IMG/VR virus record: IMGVR_UViG_3300028805_000056
Coordinates: 32,001-96,000 of that record
Origin: a virus
Taxonomy: Duplodnaviria; Caudoviricetes
Direction: 5' to 3' (one strand)
Length of the DNA: 64,000 nucleotides
Shown: positions 17,266 through 26,628 of the stretch, piece after piece
How the letters are laid out: every line of letters begins with the position of its first letter
Numbering within the stretch: position 1 is the first letter of the stretch
The notes under the pieces: generated by a model
Database searches by the model: none
Told to the model about the DNA's origin: nothing
Seen by the model: the letters and a program-made list of their open reading frames with translations, nothing else
Position numbers and translations under genes: made by a program

Positions 17266-18978
17266 TTATTCTTCCTCCTTTTCGTTTTCTTTAGCGATAG
17301 TATCTACATACACAGCAGCATCGTGTAAAGCATCTAATTGTTCATCACTAGGCTTCCAATTAGGTTGAACTCTTTCTTTGAGTGATTTGAGCCAATCTTC
17401 TATTTCTTTTTTATCATCATAAGTATAATAGTCTGCTGCATTTATAGCACCAATAGCGTCATCAATCATTTTATCATCCTCTTCACTCCATTCTTGTTTT
17501 GGTACAAGTTCTAAGAGAATATTTGCTTGTTCCTTAATTGCATTAGTATCATTTGGGTCTAATCCTGCATGTTGACCAAAGAAAGAAATTCCTATATGCA
17601 TCATTACATTCTCAAAGTCAGTCAAAGCATCTGTATTTTCTTGTTTCCACTCATACTTTGGCTGAGGTTGTATTCTGTCTTTAAGTGATTTGAGCCAATT
17701 ACGCAATTCCTCTGCGTAACCCTCGTCAAAGCAATCATTAATTGCAAAATTTACATCAAGAAGATAGTCTTCATCATCTTTACTCCAAGCAGAACTTACT
17801 TTTTCACCATTCATCATTTTAGTGAAACAATAGTCCATTTCAGCTTTGCCTTCATCAATAACATGAATCTTCTTCAGTTCTTTCTTAGCAGCATCCCATT
17901 CATATCCTGCTTCATGCATCTTTTGGAATAAAATGTCACGTTGTTCTTTGGTGGCTGGTAAATAGTCTATAGGACTTATTCCTCCAACTTCAAACCAATA
18001 CCCGGTTCTATTGTTAATACCACAATGAACAAACATACTCCTCCTGACCATATCATATATATTTTTCTTATATATTACTGTGTCAATTCCATCACAAAGC
18101 ACATCGCCATCCTTTGCATCTTGGATAGTCCATAGATGATATAAAGAATCTATTTCAGAAACAAGCATATCATCAACATACCCTCCAACGGTTTCATAAC
18201 AATAGTACTTATCCCCAACACATCGAATCTTCAATAAATTGCAACCTTGTACTACCCAATCACCAACCTTAAACCTTGGTTCAACTTTATCAGCGGGTTT
18301 TGATTCATCTTGTTTTTCAATATCATAAAGAAATAACATACAATCTTTTGATATAGTAAAATCAGGAAGTCCTGTAGTGCCATTAGAATAAAAAGATACT
18401 AAATTTTCTTGCTCTGATTGATGTGTGTAACAAGTAATTATTTCATCTTCTTCATCTACTTCTGCAAGCCAAAGTTTGCCATATAGGGGAGAGTACAATT
18501 CTGTTCCTCTTGGATAATGTTTCAATATTTCTACAAGATTTATTTCCTTTTTCTCACCTTGCTTTTCAAGTCTATACTCATCAGCGAGTTTACCATTCTC
18601 GTCCATTATTTCTGCTGACTTTAAAAACTCTTTTGCTGTTTCTTCAGTTTCAGTGGCTTTCTTAGCGACTCGTTCAAGTTGACTTACATTAAAGCAAGTT
18701 CCATCTTCATTTTTGTATACTTTAGTTGCATTATCATCTCCATGCTCAAACTTATACCTTACTTGCTTTTCAAGCCAAACAACCCATCTTTTACATCCTG
18801 TTGACTTATCAATGTAATCAAGAATTTCTTTCCTTATCTTCTCATCCTCGCTCTCTTCTTTCTTGACTATAATCTTGCCATTTTCAATGCTTGCTGTGTA
18901 ACCTTCTGGTATATTGTATTCCCAACCTTCAAGTTCACTATCTTTAATACCGAATGCTTTTTCAATAAATTCTTTCAT
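17266..18978 (-). CDS. Hypothetical modular protein, paralog family B
   Basis: Shares modules with 1586..2740; repeated WS..D...WLKSLK.R units. Confidence 0.8.
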   Translation of the reverse strand: MKEFIEKAFGIKDSELEGWEYNIPEGYTASIENGKIIVKKEESEDEKIRKEILDYIDKSTGCKRWVVWLEKQVRYKFEHGDDNATKVYKNEDGTCFNVSQLERVAKKATETEETAKEFLKSAEIMDENGKLADEYRLEKQGEKKEINLVEILKHYPRGTELYSPLYGKLWLAEVDEEDEIITCYTHQSEQENLVSFYSNGTTGLPDFTISKDCMLFLYDIEKQDESKPADKVEPRFKVGDWVVQGCNLLKIRCVGDKYYCYETVGGYVDDMLVSEIDSLYHLWTIQDAKDGDVLCDGIDTVIYKKNIYDMVRRSMFVHCGINNRTGYWFEVGGISPIDYLPATKEQRDILFQKMHEAGYEWDAAKKELKKIHVIDEGKAEMDYCFTKMMNGEKVSSAWSKDDEDYLLDVNFAINDCFDEGYAEELRNWLKSLKDRIQPQPKYEWKQENTDALTDFENVMMHIGISFFGQHAGLDPNDTNAIKEQANILLELVPKQEWSEEDDKMIDDAIGAINAADYYTYDDKKEIEDWLKSLKERVQPNWKPSDEQLDALHDAAVYVDTIAKENEKEEE

Positions 18979-18980
18979 AA

Positions 18981-19232
18981 CTATTCTCCTTTCATGTATT
19001 CTATAAAATCCTTAACCATTTCTTCTTCGGTGTCAAATTGATATGCTATGACTCCGCATTCATCGTGACCTAAGTTATTATTAAACCAAATAGCCGCCTT
19101 TTGGATAAAGGCATCAGTTCGAGTGTATTCAATATTTTCTGCCCCTTTAACTGGAGCCTCTTTCCACAGCGTCTTACCTTTATCATTGTCAAGGTATGTT
19201 GTTGTACGAAAAATCTTGTCAGGTGTTTTCAT
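18981..19232 (-). CDS. Hypothetical protein
   Basis: 83 aa; array member. Confidence 0.65.
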   Translation of the reverse strand: MKTPDKIFRTTTYLDNDKGKTLWKEAPVKGAENIEYTRTDAFIQKAAIWFNNNLGHDECGVIAYQFDTEEEMVKDFIEYMKGE

Positions 19233-19561
19233 AATTCATACGGAAATTCTTCATCTATTTTTTTCCACAATCCATCTCGTGTGCACCAAGTTAACTTAAT
19301 TCTGTTATTTAATTGGTCAATTTCAAGTTTATCTTGAGGATGTTCAAGTGACATACGACGAAGGACTTTAACCATTACCATTTTATCTGCATTACGACTT
19401 GGGTAATGGTCATATATATCTACCCATTCTCCTTCATTCTTATATAGCTTTTGAACAAACTCATCAACCATACGTGTAGTCGAACCATTCATTCTGGTTC
19501 TCATATTTGCTATAGATTGCAAAAACTCTTTATCTTCTTTTTCAGTTTCAGGTGTTTTCAT
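19229..19561 (-). CDS. Hypothetical protein
   Basis: Start taken at MKTPETE to avoid overlap. Confidence 0.6.
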   Translation of the reverse strand: MKTPETEKEDKEFLQSIANMRTRMNGSTTRMVDEFVQKLYKNEGEWVDIYDHYPSRNADKMVMVKVLRRMSLEHPQDKLEIDQLNNRIKLTWCTRDGLWKKIDEEFPYEL

Positions 19562-19566
19562 ATCTT

Positions 19567-20031
19567 TTATTCTTCTTTCTCCAAGTCTCCCTCTTTCGCT
19601 TCTGTACTTAGATGTTCTTTTCCCCAAACAGCCCACAACAATGCTAACTTTTCAAAAAGTTTACCCTGTGTTGCATGATAGTCAAAATACTTAATCCTAA
19701 ATGTTTGCTCACACGTGTTGATGAAATTCTTGAAATCGTGTAGTTGTTTACCTTTTAACTTAGGAAGTTTATTTCCAAATTTCTTATCAAAGACATTTAT
19801 ATATGCTTCGGCAAGTTCTCTTTCGTTTACCGTTTCAGTAAGAAGATTGTCTTCTTTTACTTCAAGGGTTTCGAGGAAAGAAAGAATTTTGCCGCAAGTA
19901 GCAATATGTTCAGACCATGCAATACAGCTTACTTGGTCATTATTTTCTTGAGATTGTTGACATTTTAATTTTCCATTTGATACCATTTTCTCTATCTCCG
20001 CCACTAAAGCGTCTTTGTCAATCAGTTTCAT
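19567..20031 (-). CDS. Hypothetical protein
   Basis: 154 aa; array member. Confidence 0.7.
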   Translation of the reverse strand: MKLIDKDALVAEIEKMVSNGKLKCQQSQENNDQVSCIAWSEHIATCGKILSFLETLEVKEDNLLTETVNERELAEAYINVFDKKFGNKLPKLKGKQLHDFKNFINTCEQTFRIKYFDYHATQGKLFEKLALLWAVWGKEHLSTEAKEGDLEKEE

Positions 20032-20035
20032 AATA

Positions 20036-20473
20036 TTAGTTGTTATTGTTATATAATTTTGTTAGTTCTTCTTCTTTCTTGTTTAAAATATCTTTAAGGC
20101 GTATAATGTCTTCTTCAATATTCTTCCTTCTAATTTCATCTGATTTACCATCATAAAGTAGTTTATTTCTTTTGACAGTTTCTTCAAAGTTAAGAAGATT
20201 AATGTATCTTGGAAATACCATTCCGCAATCTGTATAGTCATCTATGTGTATTTTGATATGTATGGAAGGACCACTTACATTAGCAATCTCAAAATCAATA
20301 TAATCTTCCCAATTGTCTGGATGTTCCCTCATACATTCAAATAACTCATCATTACCTCCCGCTAACGGATTAAGAAAGTAATATATCCAATCAGAGTTTG
20401 AATCAATATAAGTTGTAATATCTCTTGTTAAATGAGATATTCTTGTTGCTAAATCTTTTTCTTTGTCATTCAT
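20036..20473 (-). CDS. Hypothetical protein
   Basis: Start taken at MNDKEK (ATGA overlap). Confidence 0.65.
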   Translation of the reverse strand: MNDKEKDLATRISHLTRDITTYIDSNSDWIYYFLNPLAGGNDELFECMREHPDNWEDYIDFEIANVSGPSIHIKIHIDDYTDCGMVFPRYINLLNFEETVKRNKLLYDGKSDEIRRKNIEEDIIRLKDILNKKEEELTKLYNNNN

Positions 20474-20805
20474 AATTTTCCATTTTCTTTTAGCCAAACT
20501 ACCATTTCAAATGCAGCATCAATCAATGACATATCATTTCTGATAGTTCTATAAGCATTTTCAATTTTAATTTTATTACCACTTTTATAAAAATTAACAC
20601 CGGGCATTAACTCCAATAAAGCAGCAAGACTCCAAGCAGGAATAGAATTTCCATCCATATCTAAATCATCAATACTTTCTAAAACATTTGGAGTTTTATA
20701 CCATTCAGAATTGCCATTAACTGTGTAATAATACATATCCGCACTTTCAAGTGGCAGTATCTCAGCCAACTTCTTTGATTGTTCTAAATCTGTATAACTT
20801 TTCAT
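20470..20805 (-). CDS. Hypothetical, paralog family C
   Basis: EQSKKL...ADM...PAWSLAALLEL...AAFEMVVWLKENGK. Confidence 0.8.
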   Translation of the reverse strand: MKSYTDLEQSKKLAEILPLESADMYYYTVNGNSEWYKTPNVLESIDDLDMDGNSIPAWSLAALLELMPGVNFYKSGNKIKIENAYRTIRNDMSLIDAAFEMVVWLKENGKL

Positions 20806-21236
20806 ATCTTACCATTTTCTTTTAACCAAACTACCATTTCAAAAGCGGCATCAATAGGGTCATCATACCATTCTGTTATGTAAATTGCAGAACGATAAAC
20901 AATGTGCCATTGATTATTATCCCATCCTTTGCATAAATTTGGCTGGCAACCTCCATCTTCAGGGTCATTCTCCCATTCATATAGTTTTGGCAACAATTCC
21001 AATAATGCAGCAAGAGACCAAGCAGGAAGTTCGCCATCATACTCATTTTCTGAGAAGTTTGGATTCCTCTTTAAGAAATCCTTTGGATATGGAACTTCAT
21101 CATAACCACCATCAAACATTCTATCAGAGTAATCATATGGTGCTATATAGCCATATCTCATATCCGCAGTATTAATATCAACCCCAAGTTCTATGAGTTT
21201 CTTGGATTGTTCAATAGTTGTGCAAATCTTGTTCAT
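20802..21236 (-). CDS. Hypothetical, paralog family C
   Basis: Start taken at MNKICTT by homology to 16061..16453. Confidence 0.8.
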   Translation of the reverse strand: MNKICTTIEQSKKLIELGVDINTADMRYGYIAPYDYSDRMFDGGYDEVPYPKDFLKRNPNFSENEYDGELPAWSLAALLELLPKLYEWENDPEDGGCQPNLCKGWDNNQWHIVYRSAIYITEWYDDPIDAAFEMVVWLKENGKI

Positions 21237-21240
21237 AATT

Positions 21241-21534
21241 TTAATCTTCAAACATAATTGGTTCAACTTCAATTATTCCATTACACTTTTCAATGGTATC
21301 GTCATCTTTCCATGCAAGTATATGAAATGCAATTTGTGTATCTCCTTTTAATATTATCTTAGGAGTAATATTTAATGAAGAGTCTTTTTCATTAACCCAA
21401 TTAGTAATATCTGTTAAAATTTGTTCCATTCTTTCTGAGGCTTTCTTTTCAGAATGATAATAGAAAGGTCCCCACGTTAACATATGTTCATTGGGATACG
21501 TGATATTCCCTTCAACTTTAAAGTCCATTTTCAT
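21241..21534 (-). CDS. Hypothetical protein
   Basis: 97 aa; array member. Confidence 0.6.
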   Translation of the reverse strand: MKMDFKVEGNITYPNEHMLTWGPFYYHSEKKASERMEQILTDITNWVNEKDSSLNITPKIILKGDTQIAFHILAWKDDDTIEKCNGIIEVEPIMFED

Positions 21535-21916
21535 ACGGATTATTTTCTTTAGTTACAGCAATAGCAAGACCCTTCTCAATTAGCCCACGATAGTCAAAAT
21601 GATGTGAAAGACAATAGTCTATTACTTCTTTAGAAGTTTTAACTATATCAATAGTCATAGTTCTATTGAAATATTCTTTCTTTTCCTCCTCAGTCATACT
21701 TGACATTGGACGAAGATAGGGTTTAATTTCTGTATAATCATCTTCATCCTTTAGTAATTGCTCAATATGGTCAGGTTCAAGGATTGTGTTAATACACGTC
21801 CCTTCATCCATAACCCACCAGGTAAGTTCTATTTTAACTCCATAAGGCAACCTTGCACAAAGGTCTTTCAATAATAGTTCTTTATCTTCGCGTAACATAA
21901 TCTTATTCTCCTTCAT
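21518..21916 (-). CDS. Hypothetical, paralog family A
   Basis: Family A motifs; first gene after a promoter. Confidence 0.8.
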   Translation of the reverse strand: MKENKIMLREDKELLLKDLCARLPYGVKIELTWWVMDEGTCINTILEPDHIEQLLKDEDDYTEIKPYLRPMSSMTEEEKKEYFNRTMTIDIVKTSKEVIDYCLSHHFDYRGLIEKGLAIAVTKENNPYENGL

Positions 21917-21931
21917 TTTTCATTTCTGCTG

Positions 21932-21963
21932 CAAATGTAAGACATTTTTTTGAAATGGCCAAA
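21932..21963 (-). promoter_or_regulatory. Bacteroidota sigma70-type promoter
   Basis: TTTG-N20-TACATTTG. Confidence 0.85.
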
Positions 21964-21981
21964 TTTTTTGCCAATTTTTTT

Positions 21982-22608
21982 TTAATCCCACCAATAATCG
22001 GTGTACTTTTCCCTTATTTTATAATATAGGTGTCTTGCTTTCGCAATATAATATTCATGATCATAATTTCCATTCTTGAAGAAATCAGATTCCAAAACGG
22101 AGTTGTTTAAAAAACGTTTTGCATTCCTCTTGTTCAAATATGGTCCGTCATAACGATACACAAGGTTGTCAAGTTTAATCTCCCGCAAAGCAAACTTACT
22201 ATTGTCACCCACAGGTTTTGTCTCACCATCCTCAACACCCCCGTCAAAATGGAAATAATCGGTCTCGTTATTCATTATATGAATGCAATGTTTCGCCCAC
22301 CTTAAAGAACGTACAATTTCATTATATTGCTCATCAATCATATTCTGATGATGATCAAACCAATGTATCTGCTTGTCTATCTGCAATTCCTCAAGTTCTA
22401 AAAGATAAAAACCATCCCAAGGATTACTAAGGAACGCCTGTTTTACCAATCGCCAATGATACTTGTTGAAATTGCTACGAAACCAACCCCTTACAGAGTA
22501 ATATGCACTTTTCGGCTTGCTGTACACATACCATAGGATATAGTCATCAATCCATTCGCATACCTTATTAGATTTGCATTTTTTGTACCACCAATCGCTA
22601 ATTTTCAT
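21982..22608 (-). CDS. Hypothetical protein
   Basis: 208 aa, Trp-rich, ends WWD. Confidence 0.7.
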   Translation of the reverse strand: MKISDWWYKKCKSNKVCEWIDDYILWYVYSKPKSAYYSVRGWFRSNFNKYHWRLVKQAFLSNPWDGFYLLELEELQIDKQIHWFDHHQNMIDEQYNEIVRSLRWAKHCIHIMNNETDYFHFDGGVEDGETKPVGDNSKFALREIKLDNLVYRYDGPYLNKRNAKRFLNNSVLESDFFKNGNYDHEYYIAKARHLYYKIREKYTDYWWD

Positions 22609-22699
22609 TGTTATCTTTTCTATTTACTGAGATAAATATACAAAAAAAATGGTACAACCATTCAGGCTGTACCAAAAAAAAGTGAAAGAGAAAATTTGT

Positions 22700-22955
22700 G
22701 AGGAACAGACTTTTGCAACCTTCGTTAAAATTGAAGGAAACCCGCTATTAGGCACTTGCGCTGTTTTATGACTTTTGTTGTGTTCCCACTTATGGCTCCT
22801 TACGGAATCTGTTGCTCTTCACATCTTGAGCATACGCTCAACCAACACGTTTCATCAGGCGGAGGGATACTGTTTCGCACCCAATCTACTTTCCTAATTT
22901 TACTCGAGTTATTGTTTAAGAAATTACCCTGATACCTACTAAGTGACCTGTTCTC
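22700..22955 (-). ncRNA. Unassigned ~255-nt structured RNA
   Basis: Closing stem GAGAACAG/CTGTTCCTC; ATCAGG/CCTGAT; TTGAGC-GTAT-GCTCAA; TTCC-GTAA-GGAG; terminator follows at 22650-22675. Confidence 0.5.
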
Positions 22956-22965
22956 TTTCTAGTAT

Positions 22966-23457
22966 CTATTCCTGTTCTTCTTCACTATTGTCTTGCGGAA
23001 TAATCTCCGACAACTTCGTGAAATCAAGTATACTGTCATCAACCCTCGACCTGACATACCATTCCCTATTTTGGAAAAGATACTGATAGTCTTCCTTCAT
23101 CTCGGGAATTGAACCATAAAACATCGGTTTGCAATCATCCCAATTGTTCTTCCACTTATCATATGATGGTTCGCCGAATATTTTGCAATTGCCCTCAGCA
23201 ATTACATTACAATATACTCTGTCAAGCAATTCATACTCATCATCAATCTCGTCATGCTTACTGAACAATGAAAGTATTGTCTTCCCTAAATTTTTAGGTT
23301 CTCCATCCGTTCCAACGAAAACTTCAGCATAGTGGTTTATCAACTGTACTTCAGGATGCTTGTGATTGGCAACATCATACGTGTATGTCTGTCCTAGAAA
23401 ATCATCTTCTATCTCAACAACAACAGTTGCTTTTGATCTTTTTAAATTTATCATCAC
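22966..23457 (-). CDS. Hypothetical protein
   Basis: 163 aa; TATTTAT upstream. Confidence 0.65.
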   Translation of the reverse strand: MMINLKRSKATVVVEIEDDFLGQTYTYDVANHKHPEVQLINHYAEVFVGTDGEPKNLGKTILSLFSKHDEIDDEYELLDRVYCNVIAEGNCKIFGEPSYDKWKNNWDDCKPMFYGSIPEMKEDYQYLFQNREWYVRSRVDDSILDFTKLSEIIPQDNSEEEQE

Positions 23458-23492
23458 TTATACATTTTTATATAAATATACAAAAAACATTT

Positions 23493-24170
23493 TTATCTTC
23501 GTCCGCCACGAGACATTCCTCCACCAATCGATGAGCCTCTTGAAGGTGTAGAACCCATTCCTCTTGAAGACGGAGAAACAGATGACCTGCTTCCTGACAT
23601 TACGGATGAACCTCTGCTAACGGGTGACTGTCTGACGGTAACTCTCGTTGAACTGTTTATGATGGATGACCTGCTTGTATTTGTGCCACGTACATCACCC
23701 ATCGGTCTGCCTGTGTGCCCATCATTTCTTGTATGATCAATAGTTGAACCACCAATTCTTCCACCATTACTTCTTGGCCCTACACGGTAATGATTACCGC
23801 CACCTCTTCCATATTCCCTTCCCATGTCACGATGCGAAGGACCGTAGTTATGACGGTGATAGCCGTTATGGTCTCCCAATCTGTGTGTCGGTCTCCAATA
23901 TCTGTCAGGAACAAATCTCCAACCATAAGGGTGGGGTCTGTGGTACGGTCTGAAATACCACACGTTATTCCAAAGATAAGGATAATAGAAAAGACCCTTG
24001 TAATAGTAATACCCAATGACACTGTCATAATAATATGGCGTACCATATGTCACAATCGTACTATAACTTATTCCGTCATAATCGTCATAATAAACTTGTC
24101 CGTAGGTATCACAACCGGAGACAAACAAAAGGGTCATCAGACCGATCAAAAACAATTTAAACTTCTTCAT
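23493..24170 (-). CDS. Lipoprotein with a Tyr-rich core and R/G/S-rich disordered tail
   Basis: Signal peptide with lipobox FVSG-C; low-complexity C-terminus. Confidence 0.75.
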   Translation of the reverse strand: MKKFKLFLIGLMTLLFVSGCDTYGQVYYDDYDGISYSTIVTYGTPYYYDSVIGYYYYKGLFYYPYLWNNVWYFRPYHRPHPYGWRFVPDRYWRPTHRLGDHNGYHRHNYGPSHRDMGREYGRGGGNHYRVGPRSNGGRIGGSTIDHTRNDGHTGRPMGDVRGTNTSRSSIINSSTRVTVRQSPVSRGSSVMSGSRSSVSPSSRGMGSTPSRGSSIGGGMSRGGRR

Positions 24171-24296
24171 AATCCCGATATTTTTAAAAATGTATTTTAT
24201 TTCTTTCTAACATAAATATACAGAAATAGGTAGTAAAAATATCGGGGTTTTTCCTAAATTTTAGGGGAATATCCCCCACCACTTTTTTTCACTTTG

Positions 24297-24380
24297 TACC
24301 CCCGGTGGGACTCGAACCCACAAGCGTATCTCAGCACCTGATCCTAAATCAGGCCCCTTTACCATTTTGGGCACAGGGGT
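24297..24380 (-). tRNA. tRNA-Leu(UAG)
   Basis: CCTGA-TT-TAG-GA-TCAGG; variable arm; A73. Confidence 0.9.
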
Positions 24381-24389
24381 AATTCATTG

Positions 24390-24483
24390 TCGGGGAGGTG
24401 TGATTCGAACACACTTACTGCGAGTCCACTACGACAATTTGTTAAAGCAGAGCGATTTTACAGACCGCTGCCGTTACTCCCCG
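24390..24483 (-). tRNA. D-armless tRNA-Tyr(GUA)-like RNA
   Basis: CGGGGAG/CTCCCCG; 8-nt linker in place of the D-arm; GCGGT-CT-GTA-AA-ATCGC; ~37-nt variable region; canonical T-arm. Confidence 0.65.
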
Positions 24484-24492
24484 TTATTTTTG

Positions 24493-24566
24493 TGTGTTAG
24501 ACAGGGTACGATCCTGCAACCAGAAGAACCACAATCTTCCGCTCTGCCAATTGAGCTACTAACACC
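24493..24566 (-). tRNA. tRNA-His(GUG)
   Basis: GAAGA-TT-GTG-GT-TCTTC; encoded G-1 opposite A73; T-loop ATCGTAC. Confidence 0.85.
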
Positions 24567-24575
24567 ATATTGTTG

Positions 24576-24662
24576 CGGAGAGACAGGAATTCGAATCCTA
24601 TACCCTAAAAGAGTACGTTCTGATTAGCAGTCAGACCTTGCTCCCCGCAAGTTGTCCTCTCC
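24576..24662 (-). tRNA. tRNA-Ser(GCU) with an atypical D-arm
   Basis: TCTGA-CT-GCT-AA-TCAGA; G73; long variable arm; D-arm CTTGC-GGGGA-GCAAG. Confidence 0.78.
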
Positions 24663-25530
24663 TATTATATCTTTTATCTCTTGCGCTTTTGCCCTTATTT
24701 AAAGCCATATAGTTCTCTGTCATTGCGTGACAGTTTGGACATAATACTTTTAAATTTTTTGTGGTATTATTACCGCTATTACCATCAATGTGGTGTATTT
24801 GTAAAATTGTGTTTTTGGTCGCTTTATTATATCCTTCAAAACCACATTCTTCACATTTATAATGAGCTTTTTCAAATAAAAATTTTCTAATAATTTTAGG
24901 AAGCTTTAAATTTGGATCTAAAGTTAATTCTTCGTTTTCCCATTTTTCAATATACTCTTTACTCCTATGTATCGAACAGCATTTATTAGAACAGAATTTT
25001 CTGTTACTATGTCTACTTTTAATTATTTTACCACATTCTTGACACGTATATTCCTTTCCATTACTTATGTATTTATTTCTATTTCTACAAGATTCTGAAC
25101 AATATTTACGTTGGCGACCTTCTAATTTTTTACCACAAATTGCACAAAACTTTTCTACATCTTTATCCTGTTTGTGTCCTTTTTTTCTGAGTTTGTCCCC
25201 AATTTTTTTATAAATTGCTTTATCCCTGTGTTTGTTGTTATATTTAGCCGAACAAGATGGGCTGCAAAAACTTTTGGCCCACTTATTACTAATTTCTTTC
25301 CCACATTCTTTGCAGTATTTTTTTGGGGTATTATGTCTATCTTTGTAAACAGACATGTTAAAACCAACTGATTCTGCAATTTCCTTCAAGTAATTAGCGC
25401 CTTGAGTATTGTCGCTTATTCCAAAATACTTGTGTGCTTGATTTTTACTACTGAAACTATCAAACTTTTCAAAGACCTCTTTTTTTCTTTCTCTTGTACT
25501 AATGTCTATTACCTTTTTTTTCCTTTCCAT
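24631..25530 (-). CDS. HNH endonuclease with repeated Cys zinc-finger modules
   Basis: Three CxxCGK...(F/Y)CSxxC repeats; LQIHHIDG...N...NLKVLCPNCH. Confidence 0.88.
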   Translation of the reverse strand: MERKKKVIDISTRERKKEVFEKFDSFSSKNQAHKYFGISDNTQGANYLKEIAESVGFNMSVYKDRHNTPKKYCKECGKEISNKWAKSFCSPSCSAKYNNKHRDKAIYKKIGDKLRKKGHKQDKDVEKFCAICGKKLEGRQRKYCSESCRNRNKYISNGKEYTCQECGKIIKSRHSNRKFCSNKCCSIHRSKEYIEKWENEELTLDPNLKLPKIIRKFLFEKAHYKCEECGFEGYNKATKNTILQIHHIDGNSGNNTTKNLKVLCPNCHAMTENYMALNKGKSARDKRYNRRGQLAGSKV

Positions 25531-25610
25531 AATAAAATTTTATTTTTTATAAATAAATATTATATTATGCGGAAAAATAAAGGCTTCGACTTAACTTTTT
25601 TATTTTAAAG

Positions 25611-25676
25611 TAGAGATGCGGGGGGTAATCTTAGATTAAACCATCCCCCCCCCCTCACCAACTTGGGTAACTCTCC
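25611..25676 (-). pseudogene. Degenerate tRNA (Ser/Tyr-type 5' end)
   Basis: GGAGAGTTACCCAAGTTGGTGAGGGG resembles an acceptor plus D-arm; followed by a G-run/C-run stem; no T-arm. Confidence 0.4.
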
Positions 25677-25701
25677 GAATTGAGGTAAAAATTACCTCAA
25701 T

Positions 25702-26208
25702 TTACTTTTCGACACGCTTTAATTTAGCACTGCCATTTACAATCTCATAGATGTGTGTTCCGTCGACGATTTCCTTTGGAACAGTGTACGGCTTTTTAAC
25801 CAACCGCATTTGTTTCCTTTCTGCAAGGATTTCATCGTAAGGTTTAACATCATAGGTCCCATTGTACAGTGTCTCAAGGTCCTCCTTCAACTCACGAATG
25901 TGATTGCGTGACATACTGATCTTATCAGTTGTAATCTGTGCAAAGTTACCAAACAACTTTCCTCCTGAAGTACCATTGTAAAAGTTGGCAAACGACTTGC
26001 AATCCTCCAAAACTTCTAACATTGACTTAATGTCAGCCTTTCTGATATCAATCTCATTGCGCTTCATAGCAATCAATTGACCGATTCCAATGTTAAAGTT
26101 GTCCTTCTCACTTACCTTTGTCTTAGAAATAAACACATTACCATGTGATTTCTGACAAAATACCACGATACCTGCTTCGGCATCAATTTTAAATTCTTGA
26201 TTCTTCAT
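25702..26208 (-). CDS. Hypothetical protein
   Basis: 168 aa inside the tRNA region. Confidence 0.7.
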   Translation of the reverse strand: MKNQEFKIDAEAGIVVFCQKSHGNVFISKTKVSEKDNFNIGIGQLIAMKRNEIDIRKADIKSMLEVLEDCKSFANFYNGTSGGKLFGNFAQITTDKISMSRNHIRELKEDLETLYNGTYDVKPYDEILAERKQMRLVKKPYTVPKEIVDGTHIYEIVNGSAKLKRVEK

Positions 26209-26260
26209 ATTATTATTTTTTTATTTATTTGTTGCTCACAAACAACATTATTAATTTTTG

Positions 26261-26333
26261 CGTAAGAAGAGAGGCTCGAACTCCCGACACCTGGTTTTGG
26301 AGACCAGTGCTCTACCAACTGAGCTATTCCTAC
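26261..26333 (-). tRNA. tRNA-Trp(CCA)
   Basis: CTGGT-CT-CCA-AA-ACCAG; G73. Confidence 0.92.
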
Positions 26334-26342
26334 ATTTTTAAG

Positions 26343-26414
26343 CGGTCCATAAGAGAGTCGAACTCTTGCCCCGTGATAGACAGTCACGTATACTAACCGT
26401 TATACGAATGGACC
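26343..26414 (-). tRNA. tRNA-Asp(GUC)
   Basis: CGTGA-CT-GTC-TA-TCACG; G73. Confidence 0.9.
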
Positions 26415-26420
26415 AATTTG

Positions 26421-26492
26421 CGCTTCGGGGGAATTACGATATCCCGACCCTCTGATTAACAGTCAGATGCTCTGCCTCTGAGCTACCGAAGC
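26421..26492 (-). tRNA. tRNA-Asn(GUU)
   Basis: TCTGA-CT-GTT-AA-TCAGA; atypical T-loop ATCGTAA. Confidence 0.85.
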
Positions 26493-26497
26493 AATTG

Positions 26498-26571
26498 TGG
26501 ACCTGATGGGAATCGAACCCATGACCCCCTGCTTGCAAAGCAGGTGCTCTAGCCATCTGAGCTACAGGCCC
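26498..26571 (-). tRNA. tRNA-Ala(UGC)
   Basis: G3.U70; CCTGC-TT-TGC-AA-GCAGG. Confidence 0.93.
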
Positions 26572-26575
26572 AATG

Positions 26576-26607
26576 CAAAGATACAACAAATTTTTAAATT
26601 GACCAAA
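26576..26607 (-). promoter_or_regulatory. Bacteroidota sigma70-type promoter internal to the tRNA array
   Basis: TTTG-N20-TATCTTTG. Confidence 0.8.
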
Positions 26608-26628
26608 TTTTCAAACATTTTTTTTTTG

